DNA of 64,000 bases from assembly GCA_973851085.1 (NCBI GenBank), contig OZ316776.1, forward strand, positions 7,626,001 through 7,690,000, given 5' to 3'. The notes under the pieces are model-generated. The model made no database searches. It was not told where the DNA came from and saw nothing but the letters and a program-made list of their open reading frames with translations. Numbering within the stretch: the stretch's first letter is position 1; each line of letters starts with the position of its first letter. The DNA comes from Ptychomitrium polyphyllum. Taxonomy: Eukaryota. Made by a program: the position numbers and the translations under genes. Below, piece by piece: positions 10,980 through 23,959 of the stretch.

Positions 10980-11519
10980 ATGTCAAATCTTTGTGTTATT
11001 ATGGATATGCGTGAAGAGCGGTCGGCCATGCCTTCATCAACAACAACATTTATTGAGCCAACTCAACTTTCTCAGCCCTCGGTAATGGAGGATCTAAGTC
11101 AAGATATGGGAGGGACATCCCAACGTCGAGTACGACCTCGTGCAGAAGTATTGACTAGTCGCCTTTCACATTCCAGTCTTGATTCAGATGCTCGCGCTCT
11201 AGTCATCTTATTAGAAATTGGAAGAGTCACTCCTGAAGGATCCGAAATCTTGTTTGGAGGATGTTTTGAAGGATATAATCAAGATTAGATCTTGGGATGG
11301 GACATTTCAACAATAGAAGTCTTGGCTGGTGGTCATCGACGCTTCTTGTAAGGACTAGTTGAACCAGTGAACAAAGAACAACGAGCAGAGTTTGTTGCTT
11401 CACTCCTTCGACAAATTTTGGAATTTGTGAAATGTGATGAGCAAGCCAAGAAAAAGGTCCTCATGGGACTCGTCGCTAAATTGGGAGGTGATGTTACGGA
11501 TATAGATCATATAACATAG
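10980..11519 (+). pseudogene. Extra ORF of unknown function in the retroelement 3' region (~179 codons, two internal stops)
   Basis: The frame from ATG 10980 continues through TAG 11286 and TAA 11349 to a TAG at 11517-11519 inside the 3' LTR. Confidence 0.55.
11481..11491 (+). promoter_or_regulatory. Polypurine tract
   Basis: TTGGGAGGTGA directly before the TG of the 3' LTR. Confidence 0.7.
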
Positions 11520-12095
11520 TCCTTAGAACATTCTAGAACCTTCTAGTATACTATAATAGCTTCTTAGAATACTTTTAGATGTCTCCATAGTCTTTTCCAT
11601 GTCCTTAGAAAGCTTCCTAGGAAAGTCCCTCCACCTTAGGAAACTTCCTACAAAGATTCCATCACCTTAGAAAATTTCCTAGGAAGGTTCCATCATTTTA
11701 GGAAACTTCTTAGGAAGATTCGACCTCATTAGGAAACTTCCTAAGAAGGTTCCACTACCTTAGGAAACTTCCAATGAAGGTTCCAACTCCTTGGAAGCTT
11801 CTTAGGAAGGTTCCAACATCTTAGGAAACTGCTTGGGAAGGTTCCCTAGACTTCTAGAACATTCTTAAGCCTTGTAGGAAGCTTCTTTAGAAGTATCCTA
11901 GGAGATACAAACGTCATAGTATAAATAGGAGGCAAGACAAGGTATTCCTTAGTCTTACCAACACAAGTTGTGGATCATCTTGAATCCTGCCTTGTTCTAG
12001 TCTTTGTATCAAAGTTCTTGTTAATCATTAGTTCTTTGGAAGCTAATTCTTGGGAAGCACTTCGTTTCTGCTTCTTGTTTCTTGTGTCCTCAACA
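11492..12095 (+). repeat. 3' LTR (604 bp)
   Basis: TG...CA ends; carries one more 31-bp unit than the 5' LTR; followed by the TSD AAAGA. Confidence 0.95.
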
Positions 12096-15000
12096 AAAGA
12101 TATATAGAGGTGGCAAAGTTATTTCCTTATTTGCCACGTCCTAAATTCTAATTTCTAAAACAAAATATATATTGGCAAAAGTTACATAGATGATTGTTAC
12201 CTATGATAAGAATAGAACAAAGTTTGCATTGATATTTCCATATATTATGGAACAAATCCACAATAGCATAAGATCCTTCAATATTATGCTTTATTTTACT
12301 TGAAATAAGAAAGAAGGAGTCTATATTAAAGTTTGTAATTGGGAATGGGAAAGTCTCATAATTGAAAATGAGCCATCTAATTATGACTATAAAATAAGAA
12401 AGCAATTGCCGGATATGAGAAAAAAAACATTCATTTGTAGCTTCAAAACTTTTCTACATCTTTGATCCTCCAAACTTGGAAATTGCACTTGATCAAATGC
12501 AACAAAAACATCTATTCTTAAAAATAGTGGCTTCATTCTTGGTTGGCACTATTGCATGAATGATCTAAAGAGGAAAAAAAGGATACATTTTCCTCAATAG
12601 AATCTCAAATTGGAATGCATTTCATTTCTTAATTAGTACATATATTTGTGAGTACAGTGTATGGCAAGTATATCAACTCTTCTACGATGTCAAAGGTTGT
12701 GAAAGATTTGACATGCTTGCCGTACAAATTTGTGAGCTCAAAAACTTGTTTTTGCTTTACAATTTAGAGTGTGAGCTCATGATTTTGAGTACTACTAGTT
12801 TTAAGGCATAACGTTATTTGCATGTATTTCTAATATGGATTTGGTGAGCCACCTTGTATTTACAATTGTAAAAATACATATATACATTTTGAAGTTTTTT
12901 ATTCTCAAATTAATTTTTAGGAAACCAAGTATTCAATGGAAATTGAATAAATTTGTATCTATATACTATATTACCTCATGCCCTAGTTCAAGCCCCCTAG
13001 CACGCATCCACCCTTTATGCATGTTCATTCCATCTTTACGTACACGCTTTAGTACTTGCATCTCCAACTTGCACCTATGCAAAGTCCAAACCACTTGCAT
13101 GGTAGTTGCATGACGGGTTACGTAGGCAAGGTAGGTCGTAATTCACTCTACTGCTAGTCAAAATTCTATTGACCATTATCAAATAGATGTGGGGCTTATT
13201 AGACATCTTTATGGACAAATGGACACAAGTAGATGTAGTAGACAACCTTGAATCAAAGATTGATAGTTCATTTATATTAAAAAGAGCATTATTTAGAAAC
13301 ACAACCTCTTCTATGGACACCAGCCATGTTTGAATTTAAAGAGACCACCTTTTGGTCACTCAGAACATTACTGGTTACAATAGAAGGCAATATGAATTGT
13401 TATTTTGCATGTAGATGACCTCCAGTCATGTTTAGCAGTTCACTGCTATTTTGTTCTTTCTGGTTTGCACTTTATTCTAGTTGCATTACAATGATAGCCC
13501 ACTAAAAGCAGGGGAAGGTTTACTTATCAGACATTTTGTGGGCCACTGCAGAGTAGCGAGAGGAATGAAGAGCATTGTAAAAACAATAAGTGAAAAGTGC
13601 AGTAACTACATAGTAATATAGAATATTCCAAGTATTAGAGTATGTTTTCACTTCAATTGAGCTACTACTTTAGTGGCCTAAGCACAGAAATTTTCACTTT
13701 TGATACTGGAATTCTGTTACAGTGTTTCTTTTTGGTCATCTAGGACATGAAATTTTTAGTTCCAAATGTTTGGTTTTTGTCTACATTCACCTTTCCTTCC
13801 AATCCAGTGCTGCAAGAAGTGGAAATATATGCTCCCATATCTTCCAGTACCTGCATTTCTTACTAAAAGGAAGCAGATGGCCTGTAGTGTCATCTTCATT
13901 TCAGAAAACAGAAGCCTACAGTAAATCACATTGGGACCTGTGGACAATTCAACAGACTGGACACCCCACCAGGAAATACATGGGACTTTTGGAAAGGAAA
14001 TTCACATTTCCAAAATGGAACCTTCCAGATGGTGATAGTAGGATAACTTATTCATGCTTACAAAAAACTCACCACATATTACTTCTTAACACCATGTGTG
14101 AAACTTGTGGTTAGAAATGAACCACAAATGCTTGCCATCTGGCTGTGTTAATCAGACAGTTACAACGTGGCTCCATGTCATTCAGTTTACATTGCTTAAG
14201 TGGGAAATTTTCATTTGGTATGTAAAACAGTGACATAGAATTGAGTCAATTGACTACTTGGGAAGTGCACTTTTTGAATCCATCAATAAGGTCATGCTGG
14301 TGCTATCTTACCGCAATAACAATGGGCTTGAAAAGGGCTGCCTCTGTACTGGGTACTGGGGTGTGTTTCCATGTGACCACCAAAGGTGATCCAACATTTG
14401 TGAATGTATGCATTAAGGTAGTATCAGCTTTGTCATTGCTATCAATTTTGTTTTTGTGCACAATATTTTGATTTGTAGCTACCTGGAAACACACTCTAAA
14501 TATTTACAAAGTCCCCTCTCCATACAGACTTTAATCTTTGTGATTAGGCCACATTCTGGCAGCCATTCAACCAAACTTTTTGTCCATAACTCTAGATGTT
14601 GTTGCAAGATGGTGGTAATAGAGTGCATCCTTCTTGTTTCGGACAGCGTGGAGAGTGTAAGAATGAGAAACTGTCATAGTCTATTATAGAAAAGATTTTT
14701 AGTATGATTGTTGATTTGATATTTAAAAGGGAACAAGGAGCATGTTGATGGTTATTGGCCTCTTCCAAGAACGTTGTCGTGCTATAAATGGTTACATAGC
14801 TTAAAACTTAGCTAATATGTATTATTTTGTGAATTTTGATTTATTGTGTTTTAGAAAGGAATACTAGAATGAAAAGAGAAGTTAGGTGAAAAAGATTGTG
14901 ATAAAACCGTGGTTTTGAATATCTTGAAGATAGAACTGCATCTTATCTTAGCTCAGGGTGAAGGTGCTAGTTAACTGTGTTGATTTCTTGCCTGCCGTTT

Positions 15001-15387
15001 TCATTAGCAGTACCAAGCCAAGTGCTGCCATCCAAATCAATGAATCCAACAAGAATCGACCTCGGACCAGTTCTGCAGTTGAACTTTATCCAGTCAATGA
15101 AGTTTGTAGTTTGGTGATTGATTCTGCTTCAATAGTGACTTTATATTCATTGAACTTCAAATTTTTTCCTATTTTTTCTTTTTATTTTAGTTTTAGTTTC
15201 CTGCTTTATATTTTGTGAGGATTGGTTTTGTCTTCTTTTGTAGTTTGGAATCTAGAAGTTTCAAATTAAAAAAAAAAAAAAAAAAAGGCAAAAGAAAAGG
15301 ATTTAGGTTGTTTTCTATTTGAAAATATGATTAGGTAAGGGCTTAATAAAGGAGATTAGGAGCTGATATGGATATGGAGAGATAAGG

Positions 15388-15926
15388 TGTCATGGACATA
15401 GATCATGCAATATAGTCCTTAGAACATTCTAGAACCTTCTAGTATACTATAATAACTTCTTATAATACTTTTAAATGTCTCCATAGTCTTTCCATGTTCT
15501 TAGGAAGCTTCCTAAGAAAAATCCTCCACCTTAAGAAACTTCCTAGGAAGGTTCTATTTCTTTAGGAAACTTCCTAAGAAGGTTCCACTACCTTAGGAAA
15601 CTTCCAAGGAAGATTCCAACTCCTTAAAAGTCTCTTAGGAAGGTTCCAACATCTTAAGAAACTGCTTGGGAAGGTTCCCTAGACTTCCAGAACATTCTTA
15701 AGCCTTATATGAAGCTTCTTTAGAAGTATCCTAGAAGATACAACGTCATAGTATAAATAGGAGGCAAGACAAGGTATTCTTTAGTCTTGCCAACACAAGT
15801 TGTGGATCATCTTGAATCTTGCCTTGTTCTAGTCTTTGTATCAAATTCTTGTTAATCATTAGCTCTTTGGAAGCTAATTCTTGGAAAACACTTCGTTTCT
15901 GCTTCTTGTTTTTTGTATCCCTAACA
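15388..15926 (+). mobile_element. Solo LTR of the same chromovirus family
   Basis: TGTCATGGACATAGATC...CCTAACA, colinear with 4377-4949. Flanked by TAAGG/TAAAG (TSD with one mismatch); no PBS or PPT next to it. Confidence 0.93.
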
Positions 15927-18900
15927 TAAAGCTGATGCGGAGTGATAGGAGGCGGATGTGGCGGTTTGACCACCGCCCTTTTCTTCTTTCTTGGCCTCTC
16001 CCTCTTTTCACTTAAGGCAGCTCTTCCTTCAACCATATCTCAAAGCATACTTCTTAGTTTGAGTTGACTTTTATTGGGTTTTCTTTTTTTCTTTGTAAGC
16101 TCTTCAAATTGTTATTACACGCTCTATTTGGAGTTAGTATGTGACCGTGGCTCTAATTTAGTGAAGTTGGGTCAACTGCGTTGAGTTTCAGGGAGTAGCT
16201 GCTTTGGGTGCTTATAACTTTTTGTATGTTTAGAATTTGATAATGAAATTTGGAAGGTAGCATCTTAACTACTTCAAGATGATATTGTAAAACTTGGAGG
16301 AAAAAAGGCTTGTATAGTAAAAGATATAAGAAAAATTGTAGCTGAGACTTTGAAAGTTGTATACAGTAAAGTTGAGATGTATATAACAAAATTGTATATT
16401 TTCGGCCATAAAAGAGGATGCAAAGGATTTTTGAGGTTGATAATTTGATGAAGTTTTTATTGTAAGATGCGTAATGTGTATGTAAATTTTCAAGTTTAGA
16501 TTTGTAATGAAAAAAAGTTATAAAGTAGTAAAGTAAAGGGGGTCCACGAGCTATGGCGGTGAAAATTAAGAACTTTGAAAGCATGGTTCTCAATGCTTAT
16601 AGTAGCTATTATTATGAAATTTTTACCATAGTTTTATAGATGCCTTAAAAACGTATTGTCAAAATACCAAGTGTATTAAACTGTTATAATAAGAAATATG
16701 AACAAAATTATAAGCGGATTTATGATGGCAATATGTAGTTATGGTTTGGGTTTGGATTGTAACCTTTACAAAGCTTAAAAAGCACGATCAATGAATTCTT
16801 TCACTTAAACAAGTATTTTGTCAACTTGTTGAGTAATTAATAGCAGCGAGAGGCCTAATACTTTCTCAAAGCAAGGTTCTTTCTCTACAACAACGTCTTC
16901 TTAAAATTCATAGCTAACTCAAATGTTGTTAAAAATAAAATAAGTTTTGACTTGTATTGATTGTCAAACTTTATATTCATCCTTTAAAATAAATTCTATT
17001 TTTTGTGAGTTTTTTGTAAGTTTTTAATAAATGAATATATATTTTTTGGTTGAAATAGTTATGATTTAATTATTAAAATACAAAGAGTTTATTTTTAAAA
17101 ATCCTTCATTAATCATATTTAAATGTGCTTTTGAACAAACAAATGTACTATGGTTATTAATGAAGAATTTAAAAGAATGGATTAATTTAATATCTATTAA
17201 TATTAAAGAGTAAAAAAACAACATGAAGATATTAAAAATAAACTACATAAAAAACTTAAACTATTTCTTAGATGTACTTAGGTGTTATAATACATGCATG
17301 GAAGTTTTTTGAAATACACAGTTTTATTTGATGTTAAATTGAAACACTTCTAGTGGACTTCTATTAGGAAATAATTAAAATAATAAATCTAAAATTATGA
17401 AATATTTAAATACTTTTTTCACATCCAAATTATACCAAAAATGAAAATTTCAAAACAAAAGATTATTTTTGAAATCTTTACAAAATAAGTTAACAAAGAA
17501 GAAATTAAAGAAGGAAAGATTCTTCATATTGTGAAAATACATGTCTAATTAATAAATAATAAGAGTGTTTTGTAATTGAAATAATTTTCTATATTAAATT
17601 TTTTTTAAACTTGTAAAAAATTCCATTAATTGCTTTAAAAGCATATTGAATTAAAGTTATTTTATTATAATTATAGTATATCTTAATATTACACATAAGC
17701 TTTGATAAAATTTAAGTTTTTTAAAAATTCTAAGTCTCCAAAATCAACATTCCTCCTTATTTTGGTTTATATGCAAATTTTAAAAAATTTATAATACTTG
17801 TCAATTACAAAATTGTTTGAATATGGCATTTGACTATTAAATTTTAACTTCATCTAGCAATAACACCAAGGCCTATAAAATTGAGCTATGAATTAGTAAT
17901 ATGAATTATACTACATTTTATTAATAGAGTCGTCCATTTTAATTTATTATTTACAATTATGATTGTTTATGCACAATAAATATTTTTTACCAAAACTTAA
18001 AACAATAACATTCTTTATATTAAAAGATCTTGTATACAAAAAATTAGTAGAAATGTTTGCCATAGATTAAAAATGTAACAATCTCATATCAATTGATATA
18101 GATGATACCACTTATGATAAATCAACATAACAATAAATTTTATACTAAGTTTTTAACAAAATATATGATAACTAGCCCTAAGTTTCCATTGATGAATCAT
18201 GTATTTCCACATCTTTTACAAATATTTCTTTTTTGCAACTTCAAGCATCACATTCTTTTCTATTATCAAAGAATAAGTCTAAAAAAAAAAGTACAAAATT
18301 GATTATCAAAAATTAGAAGGCCTTATACTACTATATTATTATAATAGTCGAAAAGACAGCTCTCTAGTTCCCAGCAATAGTCATCAATCCTCTGCTGTCT
18401 CACCCCATAAAGAATCCCTGTGGTATGAAATGGAAAAAGGATAAACTTGAACTTAGAAGGTTATGTATTGTATTTTTACCATACAGGTGTAGAGTAGGTC
18501 GTATGTATGACGTACGTGAATGCATAGAGTATGATAAAAGTCACATAATGGTCAGGTGCAAAGAAACGTAGAGTCGAACTATCTGATCAATACAAACGAA
18601 AACCCTTCACAGATAATGGCATGAATGGGACGCCGGGCCTTCCTTGTGGAGGTCCAAATGCAAAGAAGACTTTCACAGAAACTGTCAACTCCTGTACAGT
18701 TACGATACCGAGTTCTGTGCAAGGGCCTCTCAAGAGCTGAGTCATTTCTCCTCCACTGCACACTCACGGGCCCCGCGTGCAAGGCACAGCACGCAGCTTC
18801 TGTGCCGAATCTTTCACTGAAACCACAGACAGGACTGCGCTTGTAAGCCTTGCAACACTGACGTCCAACTGATACCACTATCTGTTTCCAGATTGGCATG

Positions 18901-20240
18901 ATTCCAACAATTGACAATCCCTCGCACTGCTGAAGACCCTACGTCCACTCTCAGCGGATACCCCGATGATACTGCGGCGGCACTGCTATGATTCAGTCTA
19001 TATTCAGGCGGGTATGACGAGAAGGGACACTGAATCCTATCGAGGCTCCTTGTGTCGACAAATGTGGGTCACGTCATTTCGTCGTAGCGTGCATATGAGA
19101 CTTGATAATCCTGCTGTGATAATTGTTGTCAAGCAATTCTCAGCCTGAACTGAAGAGCGAGGTCTAGTGGTATTATTTTGTAAAAGTACTCATTTAAGAG
19201 ATTCGGTCGGTGATGTATTACGGACATCGTTGGCGGTGAACGAACGTTGGTGGTCGGGCTGAATTATATGCGGTCGACGTTGTGCAGTCCGATTCGATGC
19301 TTTCTTGCAAGATGCGATGACCTTTCTTCATGGAACCAGGGCTTGCTGGTGGCGCAGGAATGGCAGAGATCTTGCAGGATCGCCTTTCACCACGCAGTGG
19401 TACGACGGAGAATGGAAAAAACCTAAAGGCGGTGGAGGTCCAACTGCCCGGCTTGAACGAGTACCTTTTCTATTCTCCTGTCGGAAGAGGATGAGGTGTG
19501 ACGAGTTTGCGTTGAACGCGCAGGGGGCGACCATGACCGTGGACAAGGCTATGGTGGTGACATGACTGCACAGTGTTCGTTTGTTTATTAGTCATGGCTC
19601 TTTGATATGCTTGCATGATTTGATGGAGACCTCGTGCATGTTAAAGAGAATTTTTGGCACTTGCAGATAAGTGTCACGCATTATCACACCGATGCTGCAA
19701 GCAGCTAGCCTAGTATGCTTCAGTGCAGGGCTACGTTAGAGATAACTGAAAAATGTTGCGCTGAGCTGTTGTTGATATATCGCCATGATTTTGATTCTCA
19801 GCTGAAACGGATCAATCGAATCTGTACTTGGGTACGCACGCAGGGACCTTATTTCGGACTGTATTTGAAATATTTGTTTTTCTAGGAGCGCAATTTTCTT
19901 GATTGGGACGATCTGGAGAAGTTTCCTATTGTAAGGATCGAGAAGTTTGGTGGAATGCATAGTTTATATGCTACTGTGCATGCATTCGAGGCTTGGGAGG
20001 TTTCTTGAAGAGGAATCTGGAAAGGATTGAGTTCGTTGCAAGTGGACGAGAGATGAGGAGCTCTCGCTAGAAGATATTGCAGTCGACCATGAACTAGCTT
20101 TTAGTGCTTGTAGCGTCGTCGGAGCTTGGTAATTTGCTAGTGCGTTTAACGTAGTTCCGTGGACAGGCGATTGATCTTTGCAGCAAAATTTCTCTATTCA
20201 TTGATTCTGGACTTCGAGATAGTCATTTGAAGCTGCTGAG

Positions 20241-23123
20241 ATGGTGAGATTAATTGCATACATGTGGTCAGAAATTTGTAATTTGATCAAGATTGGCTTT
20301 GTTTATGATTCTGTTGACAATTCGACCCTTGGGGAACTCGTGCAATTTCTTGGAGCTCTGTCCGAAGCTATGATCGCCTAAGTTGCTTAGTGCTTAACAA
20401 GATTTTCGATCTTGCTCGTAGTGTCGGTAATGTGATATTCTGATTGTAGGAGCAAGGTGCGGAATCGGTGCTTGTCGGGGACGGGTCTGTTGATTACAAA
20501 GGAAGACCAGCCAACAGACTTAAGACGGGAAGATGGAGAAGCGCGCCTTACAATTTTTGTAAGTGACTTGTCAAGCGTTCCTCCATCGCCGCTTTGGTAG
20601 ATTTTCTTGTTAGTGACCGCTGTGTTAAGAGCACAATCGACGTGATTGTTGTACACACCTCATGTTGCATTTCTTTCTCCAAGCGTTTCATCACATATTC
20701 ATCTTAGGATCATGTACTGTGTAGCTTCCGATCGCGCATGAAATTCGTGCTGACTGCATTCAGCAGGCCAGCTCTTCGTTCTCCTCTCAACTTCTGTATC
20801 TAAGCGTTCGGACGATCATCTTGGTCATTACTTAACCTTTCCCTTGAAGCTCTTGCTGCTTTTGGAAAACGCAACCACGATTGCTAATCAAAAGGGTCGT
20901 GTAATTTCCCGCCTGTGGAAAGTAAACAAGTTTTTCTACCCCAATTTTGTGAAGATGTACCTGATGGTTTCTATATATCTTCAAATCGGCCCTTTGAGAT
21001 CTCTGCGGCTTCTTAGTGTCCTTCTCGAGGTTAGACATACTCCAAAGACACACTCTGAATGCAAAAAGGTGCATTGAGTCAAGAGTGAATTGACTGACCT
21101 CTTGGGATGGGGCCGTTTGTGGCCGTGGCGATGCAGTTTTCGAGTTCGCAGAGACTATGGCATTCATAGGCCTGCAGATAGACCTCGTGCTGTACCTCAT
21201 CAACCATCTCAACTTCGCCACCACGAAGGCTGCCACCACAGTGACGAACTTCGCAGGCACAGCGTTTCTCTGTCCCCTTCTTGGCGGTTTTCTGGCGGAT
21301 GCGTTTCTTGGCCGGTACTTGGCCATTATCATCTTCGCAGTTGTTGAACTTGTGGTACGTTAGTGGATCTAAACAATTCTCCTCAAAACTCAAGCCAGCT
21401 CAAGTATTCTCACGTACAGTCATCTCCGTCAACTAAATATTCCTTAACTGGTCTACTTGGTTTGTTTTCGGCAGGGCATGTCGGTGATGATAATTTCTGC
21501 TTCAATTACATCGTTACAGCCTCCTCACTGCGCTGCTCCACCGTGCCAAGCCGCAACACCATCCAACCTGGCGGTGCTCTACCTAGGACTCTACCTCATT
21601 GCGCTTGGCTCAGGTGGTCTGAAACCGTGCTTGTCGAGCCTTGGGGCAGACCAGTTCGACGAGACGGATTTGAGCGAGCGCCGTCTTTCCTCCGTGTACT
21701 TCAACTGGTTCTTCTTCAGTTTTGTGGCAGGGGGTTTACTTGGCGTTACCGTGCTTGTATACATCCAGGATAACGTCGGGAATGCAGTAGGGTATGGCGT
21801 TTGCCTTGCCCTAGTTACATCAGGTTTGGCCGTTTTCTTGGCTGGAACCCGCCGTTATAGAAAGAGACTTCCTCCAGGGAGCCCGTCGACGAGGATATTG
21901 CAAGTCTTTGTTGCTGCGTTTCGGAAGCTGCATCGACCTGTCCCTCCCTCACCGGATTTCTTGTACGAGATCGACGATAAAGTTGCTGCAAATTTAGGAG
22001 TTCAAAAGATCGACTACACAAACTGTTTCAGGTATCGTCTTTCGAACTGCCATTATGATAAACTTACCTGTTGGCTTTGTTTGATTCTCCGTCCATTCCA
22101 CTGCTCGGCATTCGCATTCAAATCATAGACCGTACTTGACACTTCTACTTGAAATGCGATCGGAGATTTCTGGATAGAGCAGCGATTGTGGACGCCGATG
22201 GGAAGGATGGGCAGCCGCAGGCGAGCAAGTGGGAACTATGCACTGTCACGCAAGTCGAAGAAACGAAGGCCATTGTGAAGTTGATGCCTATCTGGGCGGG
22301 CACCATCGTCATGAACGTCGTGCTTGCGCAACTACAGACCTTCACCATCGAGCAAGGTGCAACGATGGACCGGAAAGTTGGCCCGAGTTTCAAATTCCCA
22401 GCCGCGTCCATCCCCTTCTTCCCGCTTATCATCATGGCCATCTTGGTGCCCCTCTACGACCGCGTCTTCGTTCCATATGCTCGTCGCCTTACCGGCCATG
22501 ACAGAGGCATCACGTTCCTCCAGAGAATCGGCATCGGCCTCGTCCTCTCAGTCGTTTCGATGATCATCGCAGCGATTGTAGAAGTGAAGCGCACCAATAA
22601 GGCTAAGTCTCATGGTCTTTTGGACGACCCACTAGTCACCATTCCAATGAGCATATTCTGGCTCGTGCCGCAGTACTTCTCATTCGGGATTGCCGACATG
22701 TTTACCTACATCGGCGTGCTGGAGTTTTTCTACGACCAAGCTCCGGACAGCATGCGCAGCACCAGCACAGGCCTGTCGTTCAGTACAATCTCTATAGGTT
22801 ACTTTATCAGCACCGCCGTTGTGAACATCGTCAACAAGGCTACAAGCACCAATTCGCAACCCGGGTGGCTCTCTGATAGCCTCCCCTTCAACCGGAAGAA
22901 GCTCAATCTCTTCTACTGGCTTATGGCTGTCCTGAGCTTCGTAAATGTGGTCTACTTCCTCATTGTGGCGAATTTCTATGAATACAAAAAATTTCCGAAC
23001 CTCATGGCGACGAGTTTGTCCGACCAGAATCAGAGCAGCACCATTGTTGCTCCCGTTGATAATCTGCCAGTGAATGTGGAGTTGGAGCAGAGAGTTCATT
23101 ACAACAATCCCGATCACCAATGA
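20241..23123 (+). CDS. NRT1/PTR family (NPF) transporter, probably NPF4-like; exons 20241-20243, 20450-20558, 21137-21354, 21475-22031, 22166-23123
   Basis: Motifs VDYKGRPA..TGRW, LGGFLADAFLGRY, GSGGLKP...GADQF, YFNWFFF, PPGSPSTRILQV, CTVTQVEETK, QRIGIG, WLVPQY and EFFYDQAP; GT-AG junctions keep the frame. The ATG micro-exon is less certain. Confidence 0.93.
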
Positions 23124-23959
23124 CAGTTCACTCAGTTCTCAGGAGTTCTCTTGCTCATGGTGGCCCGATTGAACTAGGCGCACTGTGAATCATTTTCTCT
23201 GATCTTGGAACAGACTCATATTGTAAGTGTAGAGCTCATTCTGAAGGTTGTACACATTTCTCTCAAGCCTGACTTGTACGTCTTGCTCCCATTTTCATGA
23301 CTTAAAACCTACGGCATGTGGAGCATTTGTGTATTCGCTTCATTTTGCTACTTTTCACCGATGATTTTCCACGAGACCATCACCCACTGCGCTTCTCCAA
23401 CTTCTTCAATAACTTGCTCACCTGTATCCAACTTACCGTTCAACTGTAGATATTGCTTCGGGTAAGCTCTCGTTTTCAGCTTTCTTTGTCATGGTTTCCT
23501 CATTTGGGTTTAATGTGTTGCTTGTTCTGTGCCACCCAGTTCGAGGAGATGATGGATCTGTGTATGCTTGTCCGAAAAGGTGATTTACAGATGGGGCCTT
23601 GTTTACGGTATTTATTGACAGCAAGTAGCTAACAAACACTACAAGCAGACTGGCAGAGTTTACTACGACGTCAATAGAGTCAGCTATCAAGGAGTTATAG
23701 ATTGGTCCTGTGATCCTTACAATTGAGTCTGAAGACCGGGCAGAATCTATTAAATCATACAGTGGCGAGATGCAAAAGGCTGATCTAAGTAATACTAATA
23801 TTGCAGATAGGCACGTGCTTTCGGTTACAAGAGCTGGTATATTGAAGTGACCAGTCTTTGATAAATTGATGTCATCAATGTTAAAATGATGTATACTATG
23901 GCATAGTTTGTATAATCATGGATTTATTCATTTTGAACTTCTACCGCTCATTATTTTGC

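Larger units (their letters stand above)
4377..12095 (+). mobile_element. Full-length, inactivated Ty3/gypsy chromovirus LTR retrotransposon (Tcn1-like)
   Basis: Two ~97% identical LTRs, a 5-bp TSD AAAGA (4372-4376 and 12096-12100), domain order gag-PR-RT-RH-INT-chromodomain, and a PPT before the 3' LTR. Confidence 0.97.
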
